Assembly (NCBI GenBank): GCA_025201805.1
Contig: MU619264.1
Location: forward strand, 166,253 to 230,252
Length of the DNA stretch: 64,000 bases
Direction of reading: 5' to 3'
Origin: Parasitella parasitica NRRL 2501
Lineage: Eukaryota > Fungi > Mucoromycota
Under the pieces are notes generated by a model. The model had not been told where the DNA came from. It worked only from the letters and a program-made list of their open reading frames with translations, and ran no database searches. Positions 24,026 through 37,481 of the stretch are shown here, in pieces (positions within the stretch are counted from its first letter, which is position 1; each line of letters opens with the position of its first letter). The position numbers and the translations under genes were made by a program.

Positions 24026-25545
24026 AAGCAATAGCAAATTGACTTGTGTAGTATATGTAGAGTTTAATTTCTAAATAATAATAAATGAAACCCGGAAATG
24101 GTACCATTTCGTAATACTATACAACTTCAATCATGGCTGGCAAATATCTATATTGTTGAAACATTACAGCTCGATATGCCATTCTTCTTTATTCTGTGCA
24201 AAATTAAAGCATGCTATATATCAAGACAAGCAGTTCACAATATATCCCATGCTCCTTGTACAAGAGCTTCATTATAGCCAATTTATTTAGTTTCGGCTCT
24301 ATGATATGAGTGGGTAGGATTAATTACAAAACATAGGCGATGAGCCAACGCTAACAGAGGACCAATCACCAATTGAGATTTGGCACTAAACTCTTCAAAT
24401 GAGATGTAGTATGTGTTGAGAAAAGGTACCTCTGAGTTTGAATTATATTACCTGCTTTGATCTTCCTTCTCCATACCCATTTTTTTGACATCTCAAAATT
24501 GTTTTATAGACGCTACACAACAGTTCATTAAGTTAACCTTATTTACACCTCAAAGTTCACTAGTGCAGAATTGAATGACAAATCTTTTGGTTTCACTTTA
24601 GAATTGATTCTTAAAGGATCCACGGAGTAAAATCCAAAAAACCTTTAAATGGTTTTTCGGCCAAAAGTATAATTATATTGCAGTAAATATTTTATCTAAT
24701 AATTTCACATTTACAAACGCATTTCCACAATTATTTTGAGCTTATAAATACCATAATGAAAAATCTCGTTTTGGGGGTGAAAAATTGAGATTTGTGAAAT
24801 CGTTGCCTCGAGCCTTACAGACCCTCATGAAAAATCTTGGTTTTGGGCGGCTTTTACACCAGACAAAAGGATCACTGGAAAATGCTTAATAAGCTATTTT
24901 CGAGTCATAGAAGTCGATTCTGCGTGTTTTCAGGGCGAAAAATCGCTTTGTTCGTGAGATACAGCTGATTAAAGATTGCAATTTGTTGTGCATTAACAGC
25001 TTGGAAATTGAGTAACTCGATAAATCACGTATTAGCCTTGGGATTTTTAGATTGTAAATCATTCAAGGGATTGACAATTTTGTATAGAATTCACATGTTA
25101 CTGTAATGCTGATGGGCAATGTTGTAAGCACACCCTTTTAGATCATGCATTCTATAAGTTTAATGCATTAGTATTACTATTAGGGTGAAAAATTACACAT
25201 ACTTGCTGTACCTGCAAGTGTCTGCCACTTTGGTCATTTACTACACATCATATGGTTATGTAAACACCTCCGAAATGAATGTTTTCTGCTTTTCATGAGA
25301 TACCAAATGCTTTTAATCACATGGAAAAATATCTACTGCTGTAATTTCTGACTTGAACAAAAGAATACAGCAAAACCAAACATTAAAACTCTTTGATCTG
25401 TGAAGCCTCTTGCTACTGCCTCTTTGCTACTGCCTTGTTTCTGCTATCATGTATGGAGTTTCAAAGCCATCCACACAAATTATCGTGAAAAACTTTTTTT
25501 TTTCTCCATCTTCTTTTATATTTGACGTTTTTCCAAAATTTTGAA

Positions 25546-28132
25546 ATGGGATTCGGTAGAAAGAAGCGTGGAAACAACAAGAAGGTAATTGGGAAAAGCC
25601 GATTTATAGGTAGACAAAACTGATTCCGTAATAGAACGTCGAGACGAATTCTGCTTCTGCTCCTGACGGTTCCGAGAAGATCCAAAAATTCTTTGATGAA
25701 CGCAAGCCATATGCCGTTATCGAAAGAGACAATGAGAACTTTAAAAAGTATTACAAGGTAATGAAAATGCTTCAATGTGCTGCTGTGAAATCTATGGGAC
25801 TAAACTACCCTCCTAGGCGCAAAATCTTATGTCTGAACAAGAATTTGACGAATTTTATAATCATCTCAAGATCATTTTACCTAGTACTTTCCGTATCACT
25901 GGTAGTAGAGCGTAAGTTGTGTGTGTGTGTGTGTGTAGATTTACCATTTGAATACGGGTTTCAGTTTTAATGTATCTCTATAGTGCTGCTATGGAGATTT
26001 TGAATGTTGTTGAAAAGACCTATGTCCCCAACATGCAAGATGTTGTTATTGATGGTGTCAAAATTGAACCTCCCAAATCACTGCCTTGGTATCCCGACAA
26101 CCTAGGCTGGCAAGTCAATGCTCCCAGGCTTGTGATCAAGAAATCACCTGAATTTCAAAAGTTCCATAGGTTCATGGTAACAGAAACAGAAGCTGTAAGT
26201 ATTGGGCTCATTAATTGTCTCTCATGAGATGCTGATCGTATGTGTGTGATGGAATGATAGGGTAATATTAGCAGACAAGAAGCTGTCAGTATGGTTCCTC
26301 CTCTTCTGATGGACATTAAGCCTCATCAATGGGTTCTTGACATGTGTGCTGCACCAGGCTCAAAAACAGCGCAAATCATTGAAGCAGTTCACTCTAATGA
26401 TAAACTGAATGAAATGCCTGGTAAGTGTCTTTTTTCCGTACATTTATTTCAATGTATAGAAATTTCGACTGACATACGTGTATACATAGCCGGTCTTGTT
26501 GTTGCCAATGATGCAGATTATAAGCGTAGCCATATGTTGGTACATCAATCCAAGAGATTACAATCACCTTGTTTTATGGCTACAAACCATGATGGTGCAC
26601 ACTTCCCCAACATCCATGTGCCTTCTGAGGATGGTAGTCCTTGCCCTGCTGGCTGGCAGTTTGATAGAGTGCTTTGTGATGTTCCTTGCAGTGGCGATGG
26701 TACTATTCGCAAGAACGAAAAGATTTGGGAAAACTGGAGCCCTGTCAATGGCCTTTCTCTCCATAGCACTCAAGTTCAAATTTTTGCTAGAGGCTGTCAG
26801 CTGGTCAAACTTGGTGGCCGTATTGTCTACTCTACTTGCTCGTTCAATCCCATTGAAAATGAGGCTGTTGTTGCGGAAGTGCTTCGTCAAACCAAGGGCG
26901 CTATCCGCCTTGTAGATGTTTCTGCATCTCTGCCTGAATTGAAACGTAAGCCCGGCTTGAGCACCTGGAAGGTGACCACCAAAGAAGGTGAATTTATCGA
27001 GTCTGTGGACGATATCAAGGACATGAGACAGCGCAAGAAACACACTTCTAGCACATTCCCTCCAACTACTGAAGAGGCCAAGAAGATGAATCTGGAGAGA
27101 TGTCTTCGTATTTACCCCCATCAACAAAACACTGGTGGCTTCTTTGTTGCTGTATTCGAAAAAATCAAACCACTGACAGCTGCTGATCGTGTCACACTTG
27201 CTAGACAAAAGGGCGTTAAGATTCAGGAAGCCGATATTGAGGAAGCTAAAAAGGAAATGGACATCAGCGCCAAGGAGATCATCCCTACCAAGCGTGCCAG
27301 TTTGGATGAAGCCGCTGACCAAGAAGAGAATGCCGCTTCTACCAAAAAGATCAAGAGAGATACTGATGCTGCTGAAAAGGAGGAAGGGGAGGTGAAGCTT
27401 TACGAAGGCAAGCCCAAAAGAGACGTTCCCGGTATCAAAGAAGCACCATTTGAGATGATGGCTGCAGACTCACCTGATCTCAAGGAGATTACAGAGTTCT
27501 ACGGTCTTGATCCCAACTTTCCTCGCGATCAGTTCTTGCTGCGTTCCGATGGCAACGCCAAAGGTCGTAGTCTTTATTTTGTATCTAGCTCCATCAAGCG
27601 AGTTTTGGAGTCCAAAGATTTCTCTCGTCTTCAAACTGTAAATACTGGCGTTCGCTTGTTCGTTCGTCAATCGTCACCTGTTGAAAACGGCTCTCCTTTC
27701 CGCCTGACATCGGAGGGTATGTCTATCTTGGACGCTGTCGTGAGCGATAAACGTCGCCTCAGTGTAGATATGGAGGTGCTCAAGGTCTTATTAGCAGAAG
27801 CTTTCCCAACTTTGGAGCAATTCCCTGAAAATTTGAGAGAAAAGGTGCGCGCCATGGAATCTGGTTGTTGTATTGTGCACGTCGAAGATAGTCAAGAAGA
27901 GGTCAGAAATCTAACTGCTTCTCTTATTTTGCCTGTTTGGAAAGGCAAAAACTCGCTCAACGTTTTGCTTAACAAGACAGACAAGAAAGCTTTGTGCCAA
28001 CGGATCTTTGGTATCATACCCGAATCAACACCTGAGCATCTTTTACAAAGGTCTACTGTACGTCAGGTTCTTAAAAACGAGCAAGATGCTGCTGCCGCCG
28101 CAGATAACGATGAGATTACCAAAGAAACTTAA
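25546..28132 (+). CDS. NCL1: tRNA (cytosine-5)-methyltransferase, NSUN2/Trm4 family
   Basis: Multi-exon from MGFGRKKRG. Motifs GNISRQEAVSMVPPLLMD, VLDMCAAPGSKT, FDRVLCDVPCSGDG, VYSTCSFNPIENEAVV and RIYPHQQNTGGFF. Confidence 0.96.
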
Positions 28133-28369
28133 TAACATTTTAGCTATTGCATCCAAACAACATATATTCTGTATAATAAAAAAAAATTATATTTACATTC
28201 TAACGCACATTACTGCGTAATTTATGCATTTTTTCATGGCTACTAAGGGTCAGTTTAATGTTTAATTCTGTAATGTTACATACGCGTTGTATACATGTAT
28301 AGCAGTAAATATTTGCCAATGTGAAGCACATGTTTATTTAAAAGAAATACGATATATAATATTAATACT

Positions 28370-29727
28370 TCAAGTCGATGCGGTGGAGTAGTCTTCTGCA
28401 TCTCTCGCAACAGCACCTGTCTCAAACCTTCGAGGAGGAGATCCTACTAAAGTTGCTGCTAGTCCACCGTCTGACGATGATATTTGACGTTGAAAGAATA
28501 AGGAGGGTCGTATTAATGGCGATGATGAAGAATGTGCGGAATTCTTGGTTTTTGTTAGATGTAATCATTATACATTTAAAGCGTGTCTATATTACAATAC
28601 CTCTAGATTATCTTCATCTAATATCGTCTTTTCACGATTGTGGTGATGTGATGTGTCTTGATCATCCTGTATCTCCTCCTCTTCTTCTTCAGACGTGGTT
28701 GTAGTGGTTGTCGTTGTTGGTACATTGGATAAACCAAGCATTTGTAAAACTTCATTTTCCTCTACAGCAACGCTTGCTTCTAAATTCGAATATGTTCTGC
28801 ACAATGGACATGAAAAGCCGGGATAGTTTTGCGTCAATAATGGACGCAGACATCTGTAATGGTATATATGCGAGCACGGTGCGATGAACAGTGCTTGAAT
28901 TGGCGCGATGCAGTATAAACAAATGCAGCATTCCTGGATTTCTTCTGCAGATGTAGATGGCGTCTTTGTAATTTTGATTTGATTTTTTAATTGTTGAAAT
29001 GCGGCTAAATTGTAGGTATTTGATGATGCTTCTTGCCACTCCCGGCGGTTCACTTCCAAACGCATCCTAACAGCCCGGTACATGGGTTCCAGGCCACCTT
29101 TATAATCCACACCTAGCTGAATCAAATCACCATCAACCACCTGCTGTGGTGTAGCGCTTTCTGTATTGGCTGCTGCAAGTCGTATGTGATTCACAAACGT
29201 ACCGCTTGAGGAACCAGAGTCCTTGATATAGATCTGTGCTTTCTCTCTCAAGTTAATTTCGGCACATGCATACATAAACTATTATTAAATACCTTGTCAT
29301 CTTCGTCAGATAGCCATATCTCTGCATGATATCTACTAACCACTTTACTTTTAAATGATAACCGGTCCGAAACAACAGTTCGGTCTGAATAACGGCCTAA
29401 TTTGAGAACGGAACCTCCGCCTTCAAGCTCACGATCAACCACATCAAACACAAAGCATCGATTGGTCATGCCAACATTCGGTACAAGTCTAATATGAACT
29501 TTTTTATGCTCAATTGCAGGTATTGCTATCGGTGGTGTTGTCGATAAGGTAGACGAGGCGGTTGTAGGTCGTCTCAGGCTATTGAATCGCCTTCCAAGCT
29601 CAGATGTTGCATGAATGGATGATGAAGATGGTAAATGTAAACTTCGAAGTCTTCTCGCTGTGCGAGGTAAAGGCATATTAGCGATGGCAGTAGCAGCTGC
29701 TGTGATTGATGATTCTGTATTATCCAT
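28370..29727 (-). CDS. DMA1: FHA-RING E3 ubiquitin ligase (Dma1/Chf family)
   Basis: Exons 29727-29293, 29233-28601, 28543-28370. FHA (LGRYSD, FKSKVVSRYHAEIW, KDSGSSSGTFVN, DGDLIQLGVDYKGG) and RING-H2 (CCICL...QALFIAPCSHIYHYRCLRP...CPLCR). Confidence 0.92.
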
Positions 29728-29948
29728 ATCTAAGATGCCTTAAAGCAGCACAAATTTATAGTAAAAAGAAGAATGAAAAAGAAAAGAAAGAAATTCAAGG
29801 GATTTTATATATGTACAGTGTATGTATGTAACAGGCAGCCCTTCTTGTTCAATGATGTCTCCTTTTTTTTTATTCTTATTATACGTGATTCTCTTGTATG
29901 AAATATATTGCTAGTCAAGAATCTAATCCAAACTGGTTGATAAAGCTG

Positions 29949-31108
29949 TTAAAAACCGTATTTTTTGGCTGCTTCTCGTCGAGTCTTTTTATTCGCTGCA
30001 AACATTTCATCCATTTTCTCTTGATTGTTGACAGCATGAGCAGCTAATGCCATGATGTTGTTCTTTTTCATTTGTAGTTTGCTAGCCTGCATCTGCGCAT
30101 ATATATATATATATATATTTACAGATAATATGGGAATTAGCAACATTTACGACTGATTTGATTTTCAACCTACTGTAACACCATTATTAAATTTAGGCGC
30201 GGCGATCAATGCTTGTGCTTGTCTCCATTCTTCAGATAGTAGCATGTCACTTTGATTCACATCTTTGATTTGAATATTACCTTCTCCTCGACCTCTTTTG
30301 CCAACCAATTGTTCTAACTGATGCATCCCTTGTGTATTAGTACATTGCATTGAAATTAACAAGGCATTCAACCTACATCGGAGTCATCCTGTAGACTGTC
30401 AACATGGCTGGCTTCTTTATGTTGATAATACACAGATGCATCTGTTGAGTACATGGCATTGGGATCATAAGCATACATGTCAACTGCTGATATATGTGTT
30501 TCTTGTTGCTCTGGTTCTACTGATGGAGTTTCTACCGAATATAATGGGCCAGTAGCAGTTAAAATCGATTTTGCTGGTGGTTGAATCCTGGATTCTTGTT
30601 CTTTTAAATCTTTTCCAATGCGGAAAAATGATCCCGTAAATTTCTTGGTTGGTATCGCTTCTTCTTGTTCATCCTCATCCAAATCTTCTTCCGTTTCATC
30701 TACCTCTTTCTTCTCTTCTTCCTTGTCTTTTTCAGCTACTTTGGTGGGGTTTGCTTCGACATCCTGTTCTTGAGAGCTCACCTTTTCCTTACCCTTCAAT
30801 TTCTTGGATAACGCATGAGGAGTAAATGCTTTATCTGTTGTTGCCATGGATACAGAAACTACTTTGCGATTTTTGGGAGCAGGTAATAAATCTGCAAGAC
30901 CTAATCCTACGGTGGTCTTTGGGCGTTTTCGTTCTTGCTCTCGCTCTAAATCATCTTGCTCATCATCTTCTAATCTTGGAAGTGCAATAGAAACAGTCTT
31001 CTTGGGTGATGGTAATAATGAAGATAGTGATCGCTTTGTTTGCTGTGGTTGTTCATGATCTGAATCTTCAGACTCGGAGCTGCTACCGTAATTTGGTACT
31101 AAAGACAT
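29949..31108 (-). CDS. PRCC-like protein (spliceosome/mitotic-checkpoint associated)
   Basis: Exons 31108-30377, 30317-30174, 30092-29949. N-terminal MSLVPNYGSSSES, LLPxPK motifs, and the PRCC C-terminal signature KKNNIMALAAHA...NKKTRREAAKKYGF. Confidence 0.85.
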
Positions 31109-31358
31109 TTGATGAAAAGACGCTCTCCTGTATATGCATTTCAAAATGTTGCTTTGTTTATCAAGAGGAGACTATATCAGTGACGATTTTCAGTCACATC
31201 GTTGGAAGAAGACGAAGAAAAAAAAAAAAAGAAAAAGGTTTTCTGAAATGACAGGACCAGATAGACCTTTGTTCTCAAACTATACATCATACAACTTGAT
31301 ATTTATTCTTCACAAAAGAAACTGAAATCTCGACTAAATTTTGAATACTCAAAAATCA

Positions 31359-34252
31359 ATGCCCTCTACTCGATCTCAAAAGGCAACACTTGTCAATGAT
31401 GTTGAACATTCAAACAGCCACAAAAAGCACGAATCACCAAATAAGATTGTCCATTCAAAAAATGCTGGAGGCAACATATCAGAGTACCCTGTCGAATTCA
31501 CAAGAGATTCCAAGTAAGTATATATCTGTTGGTTCAATTCATAAAGATAATTTAACCAATTTCTCAGGTATTTCTTTTCATCTGTCGGATCTTGTGTAAA
31601 AATTTTCAGCATGGCAACAGGAGCCGTTGTCAAGGTGCTATCACAGTCGCCTGCCTCTGGTGGCCACAGCAGTAAAATTACTTGTGTCGCCTTGAATCCC
31701 AAGAATCATCTTCAGTTGTACACAGCCAGTTTGGATGGCAACATCAAACTATGGGATTTCAATGATGATATCTTATTAAAGACATACAATGTAAATGCAC
31801 CGATTCAATCTATGGTTCTGTCCCCCGAGACTGCTGGATATGCTTACATTGTCGTTCAATCAGAAGAAACAAAGGACAAATTATCAGATAATACCATTGT
31901 ATATCGCTTTGCATTTGGCAACTCGGATGAACCGGCTCAACTACGTCGCATTTGCTCATTAAAAGACTGCACTACAATTGACATCGCCGAGGATGGCAAA
32001 TGGCTTGCGTTCGGTGCTCGCTACAAGGCCTATGTATGGCCTACCAATAAATCAACTGAGGATGTACCTGAAACACAAATTAGACACCATGTGTTTGTTG
32101 AACAAATTACAGTATTAAAGTTCCATCCTCATAAACCGATTTTAGCTGTGGGTGACAAATCTGGTAAGATTACTTGTATTGCCAACTACAATTCTGAGGA
32201 CACCAAGGATCATGTCAGATCAATTCACCATTGGCATCATCTTCCCGTGGGTTGTATTACATTCATGGCAGACGGCTCATACATGTTGTCTGGTGGTGAA
32301 GAATCTGTGATGGTTATTTGGCAACTGGACACTGGCCATAAGCAATTTCTACCTAGATTGGGTGGCAGCATTGCCTCTATCACTATTTCTCCCAACCATA
32401 GATTCTACTGCCTTGGCTTGGATGATAACTCAATCCGTTTAGTGAATAGTGTTACGCAGAGTATTGAACAAGTGATTCAGGGCCTTCAATATGGTAATTT
32501 TACTTGGAAAGTCACCAATGTTAATGTATCTAATACTGTATTTGCGTGTGCAAATGTTTAGCTCAAGCTGATAATGCGTTGAATCCCCTTTCTACTGGAC
32601 TTATTATCGAACCTCGTAATCATCATATTGTGTTGAACGGTGTTCAGGGTAGTCTCCAATTTTACAATGCGGTTGCTGATAGTCATGTTATGGATCTGGA
32701 GGTCGTGCCTATGAATCGGGTAGTGCGTGCAGGTGAAAAGGAGATTATTCATGCTCATGTAGCTCATGTTGCTTTCTTACATAACGGCGAATGGATGGCT
32801 ACGGTAGATATGCGTGATGATAAGGTCACAACTCCTGAGCTCTTTTTAAAGTTCTGGCGCTGGGATCCTGATACCCAAGGCTATAAGCTCCATACACGTG
32901 TAGATTACCCCCATATTAAACCCATTACATCATTAATATTCAACCCTGTTTCCCGTCAAGGACCTATGGCCATCACTACTTCCGAAGACAAGACCTTCAA
33001 GGTATGGAATTTAAGTACTGATCTCGGCCGTAGCTATCAGAATGGCGAAGCTGCCTGGGTTTGCAGATCTGTTGGTGTATATCGTGATAGTGTACCTTGT
33101 ACTGCTTCTTTCTCAGAAGATGGCAGTATCCTGGCTGTTGCTTTTGGCCAAGCTACCACTATTTGGGATCCCTATTCAAACTCGATTCAGGCCATACTTG
33201 CACAGCCTAACCCTGAAAACATCGAAAAATTAAGCTTTTTGGGTGAAAACTGTCCATTCTTGATTGCTAAATCCAAATCTCATCTGTATGTGTGGAATAT
33301 TTTAACTTGTAAAGTATGGTGGAGCTATAAGGTCTCTGTGGATCATCTTGCCATCGATACTGTTTCAAATCTATTTGCTATTGTACGTAACCACCCTCGT
33401 ACCAACGAATCTCGCATCACTGTATTCGAACCTAAATCGCCTGTGCCTATTGCATTGCAGCATTTGAAGTATACTTGTCTCTCTATCGCATGGCTTCCTA
33501 AAGAGCAGCAAGAAGAAAACACAGCTACATTGTCTAGTGCATTACTCTGCCTCAGCAACAAATATGAAATGATTATCCACACCATCAAGTCCAGATCAGC
33601 ATTGAACAGCAAATTATTAACTAAAAATGAGACAATCGCTGCCTCTGTTTCGCTGGATGATAACGACAGTACAGACATAAGCTTATTAAATGACATGTAT
33701 GGTAAACGTGAAAATGAAAAGGAGACAGATGAGCAGACCCGAATCCGTCTTAAAACTGTACAAACCATGCGTGAAGAAGCAATGTCAGCAAATAAGAAGG
33801 ACAGAGCAACTAGACGCAAAGAAGACGGCGATGTATCAGGTTTATCTGCACCTAGCCATGTCCTTCCTGGCGTGGAGACATTATTCGATACATTTATGTC
33901 TTCAATTATGACGCTCCGCATCAGCGAAGGCTCAGCATCGACTACTGAAGCCATGGAAATAGATGGAGATGACGAGACAATGAATAATGATTTACGGGAA
34001 CAAGAACAAGACAATTTATTACTACAAGATAACATCACAAAATCTGTCAATCATGACCTCCCTTCATTAATTAGTTATTTCGCGCATAAATTAGGTGAGC
34101 TAATATTTAAATGCTATGTTATTCATGATCTAACATCTCCTTGTATACTAGAACGAAATCCTGCATCCAATAATGCCAACAAAAAACAAGATTCCTCGTC
34201 AGATGATGATGATTCGGACGAGGAGGAAGATCCTGCAAAGATTGATTGGTAG
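31359..34252 (+). CDS. UTP17: WD40 t-UTP subunit Utp17/Nan1 (WDR75)
   Basis: Multi-exon from MPSTRSQK. GGNI...PVEFTRDSKYFF, HHWHHLPV, MLSGGEESVMVIWQLDTGHKQFLPRLG, LKFWRW...TRVDYPH, APSHVLP and an acidic tail. Confidence 0.92.
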
Positions 34253-34799
34253 AAAAAGATAAAAAATGAACATAGACGACTTAAAAACACTCACCAAGTA
34301 CAATCAGCCATTACAACATCGACACTTGTTAATAAATAGGCCCTTTTAAAAATAAAAAAAAATAAAAAATGTAGCATTCTATGCTAAAGTGTATAATAAT
34401 TTATTGACTTTAGCCAACGCAATACGCTTTGTTATAACAACCATTCTAAAGAAAAATATTTCAAAAATCTGATTATTCTCTGTTAATAAGTTTTCATTAT
34501 CAAATAACTCTCAAGCTTGTTGTGTGTGTTTTTTGATATATAACAGTTTATTTTATGAGTTCAGGTTATATAAAAACATTTTTGCTTCACTAGTCAGCCA
34601 AACTTCAAAGTATGAGAATAATACCAAGTTACAAGGTATAATACATTACATTTTATTTTCGAGTGTGGAGGCGCTGTTTCCTCCCCCAATTGAGCAATCC
34701 TGGTTAGGTATGAATAATTAAGTTAAATGAAATAAGTTTTCAGTTGATAGCGAGGATTAGTATTTATTTGAACAGCTTTTTTGGGAAGATAGGAAGGGG

Positions 34800-35704
34800 A
34801 TACAGCCAAGAAGCTTCTTGTACGGGATGTGTTCTACTTTGATTCTGAATCCCAAATGCTTCGTGTTCGATCTTCCTTGCACCAATGTTACCATCCAAAT
34901 ATCGCCAGAACTGTTGCTCGTTTCGTTAGACACCACCGGTTACGCTTCAAACCCTTCTTTTTACAACAGTGCGCCTTCACTCCGCGACCCACATTAGCGG
35001 ATACCCTTTCCTCTTCCTTACCCCGTTCTGTCTGCGATTTCTCCTGTCACCATCCCCATCACCATAATGTTCACCGGGTCCACCCTCCCGTTGTCGTGGT
35101 CGGCTCCCACTCAACAGCATCCGTTACTTCAAGAAAGTCTCCTCTCTGTCCTTACCGCCTCTCGCCAACCCTTTACTTCAACCACATCAACGGCGCTCCT
35201 TTTGGTCTGCGTCTATTCCGACTTCTGCCAGAACCGTTTGATATCGGGCCATCCATCATAAAATCCCATCCCGGTCTCTACTACATACTCATATTCCTCA
35301 GGACCATCCTTCTCCTAACTGTACCCTTTGCTTTGCCTCTTCTACTGAGACTATTACGCATTTCCTCTTCCCTTGCCCCCTAAATTACTAGTATGGCGCG
35401 AGATATATCAAACCTACATCCATCCTTAAAACCTCTCGGATGCGGTTCTTCTCCACTTTTTGCAACAACTCTTACTTTGCTCTCCTCCCCCTCACAATTG
35501 TGATGCCTCACTCCCTCTTACCAATCCCTCTTTTCATCGACTCTTTGCTGTCACTCTTGTCACTATTTGGCATACACACTGGCGCTGGATCTTCGCCCGA
35601 ATCCCTTTTCTCTCTTTTCTGTCACTCATTACGACATCTTAAGGACTTGAAATAAAAACCGAAGCACGACTCCATTGCAAAAAAAAAAAAAAAAAAAAAA
35701 AAAA
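34800..35704 (+). mobile_element. 5'-truncated, degenerate L1-like non-LTR retrotransposon with poly(A) tail
   Basis: Broken reading frames encode a zf-RVT-like region (FWSASIPTSARTV*YRAIHHKIP...CTLC...ETITHFLFPCP*) and IWHTHWRWIFARIPF. The tract is C-rich and ends with AATAAA and A26 at 35679-35704. The 5' boundary is approximate. Confidence 0.85.
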
Positions 35705-37481
35705 GATAAAAGTTGAGCTTTGCAATTTGGATCAGGTTGAAACCAGAAAGATGGTTTATTATAAGAGACATCCTATCAATTACTTCTATTTTCTAGATAG
35801 AATCATCGATGACATTTAACTTTAGATCCGATCAGGAACAGTTGCCATGGCAACTGAGTTGAGATAGTGGTAACCATGGTATTCTATGGATACAACAAAC
35901 AGGCCCTTATCTAAGGAGATAGTAGTTTCATCTACTTGTGTTATACAAAAGCATAGCGTGTTTAAAAAGAAGTAGCATTATATATGCTATAAGGAAAGAC
36001 TCATTGTTCGACACTTTTATCTTAATGCTCTCCATCAGGCATCATAACTGGAAAGATATAGTATAAGTGAGTGCTTAACATTCAATTAGTTTACCTAGAA
36101 AATCTTTAAAAGATGATTATTAGCGAGACAATCCCATAGCAACAAAGAGCATTTCCGTTCTAATAAAACTAAATGGCAATAAACACAAAATCTATGTTGT
36201 TGTAACAGTTTTTCTTTTGGAAATCAATCGTTTACAAAAACTGGTCGTTTTAATTGGAGAAGAGAATGCCCCTGACAGCTAATTTATGGCAAGTATACGC
36301 TGAAGCGTAATTCAGATTGATTCGCTGTCTCTTTGCAAGCATTCGTTCATCATAGGTTGTTGTAAATAAGCACTGAATACAGTGCGTTAGAACTAATGAA
36401 AATGTATAAGGGTACGCAATATCTCAAGCACAAGTTGTTAATATTAAGCAAAAGAGGTCCATATCGATCTGTTTGGCTGCCACTTTTCTATACTTAAGTA
36501 CTTGATTATAGTGTATTTCAAGTGGTTTTTGCATTTACAGACGAGTAGACAATAAATGTATTCATATTTGACAAAATGAGGCATCTAAATTTGGATTAAA
36601 TCCCTTTTTTTCCAAACAAAAAACTTTACATTTCAAAACAACAAACTAGTAGCACAAACTTGGGCGTATATTATCGCGTTGTCATACCTACCGGTATAAG
36701 CTGAAAAAATGGCTGGCATGTTTCCAGGTCTCTGAAGGCATTGATATGTGATACAAATACCTTAACCTAATCGGAAAAGGACCCTTTGTACGACAGGAGT
36801 TATAATTCATTGAAATCATAATTATATTTGAAAATTTATAGGATAACAAGTAAAATCTTCAGAATCGTGCAATACCTTGTATCTCTGAAAAAAAATTCAA
36901 TTTTATTATCAATCAGAGATTTATTTGACTCAATTTATCATACAAGGGCAAAAGAGCACTTTTGTCTTGCAAATGACGCAACTCCGCGAGAGGGATGGTT
37001 TGCCCAATGAAAAAATGAAACAGACAAAAAGTGTCAAAACTGAAACAACACACAATTATTCAGCAAAAAGCTTTGTGCTGCAAGAGGTGTAAAGCAGAGA
37101 GATATTCCGTTTGAAAAAGCAATAATAAACCAGCATATAGCCATACGAAACAAAATAATTTTGATACATAAGACACTGATATAAAACGAGAATGATTCGA
37201 TTTGTAATGCTCGTATCCCCGTCTTGTCTGTCACACATTGGGAGTATAATCCCTTTTCTAAAAGCCTTTTACTGAGCACTGCTCATTCGAGAATGATGGC
37301 GTGCTCAAGCTCAAGAGGAGTTTGGTGGCCAGTGTGATTGGATTATTAAGCTGCATTTTGTAACCCGGCAGCACAGTTTTATTTTTGATCCACGCTATAA
37401 ATACACTGTAGACCTTTTTTTCGATTTCCCTTAATCTCTCTCTTCTTCTCATCAACTGCAATAACCACATATAATATATTC

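Noticed and set aside
24600-25200. Transposon-like non-coding tract with TTAAAGG...CCTTTAA
   Set aside because: No convincing terminal repeats or target duplication could be defined.
34800-35704. Centromere proximity inferred from the L1-like element
   Set aside because: A single short degenerate copy in gene-dense DNA, with no long gene-free retroelement cluster.
35705-37480. GATA motifs upstream of the OPT gene as nitrogen-regulation sites
   Set aside because: Their frequency cannot be distinguished by eye from chance in AT-rich DNA.
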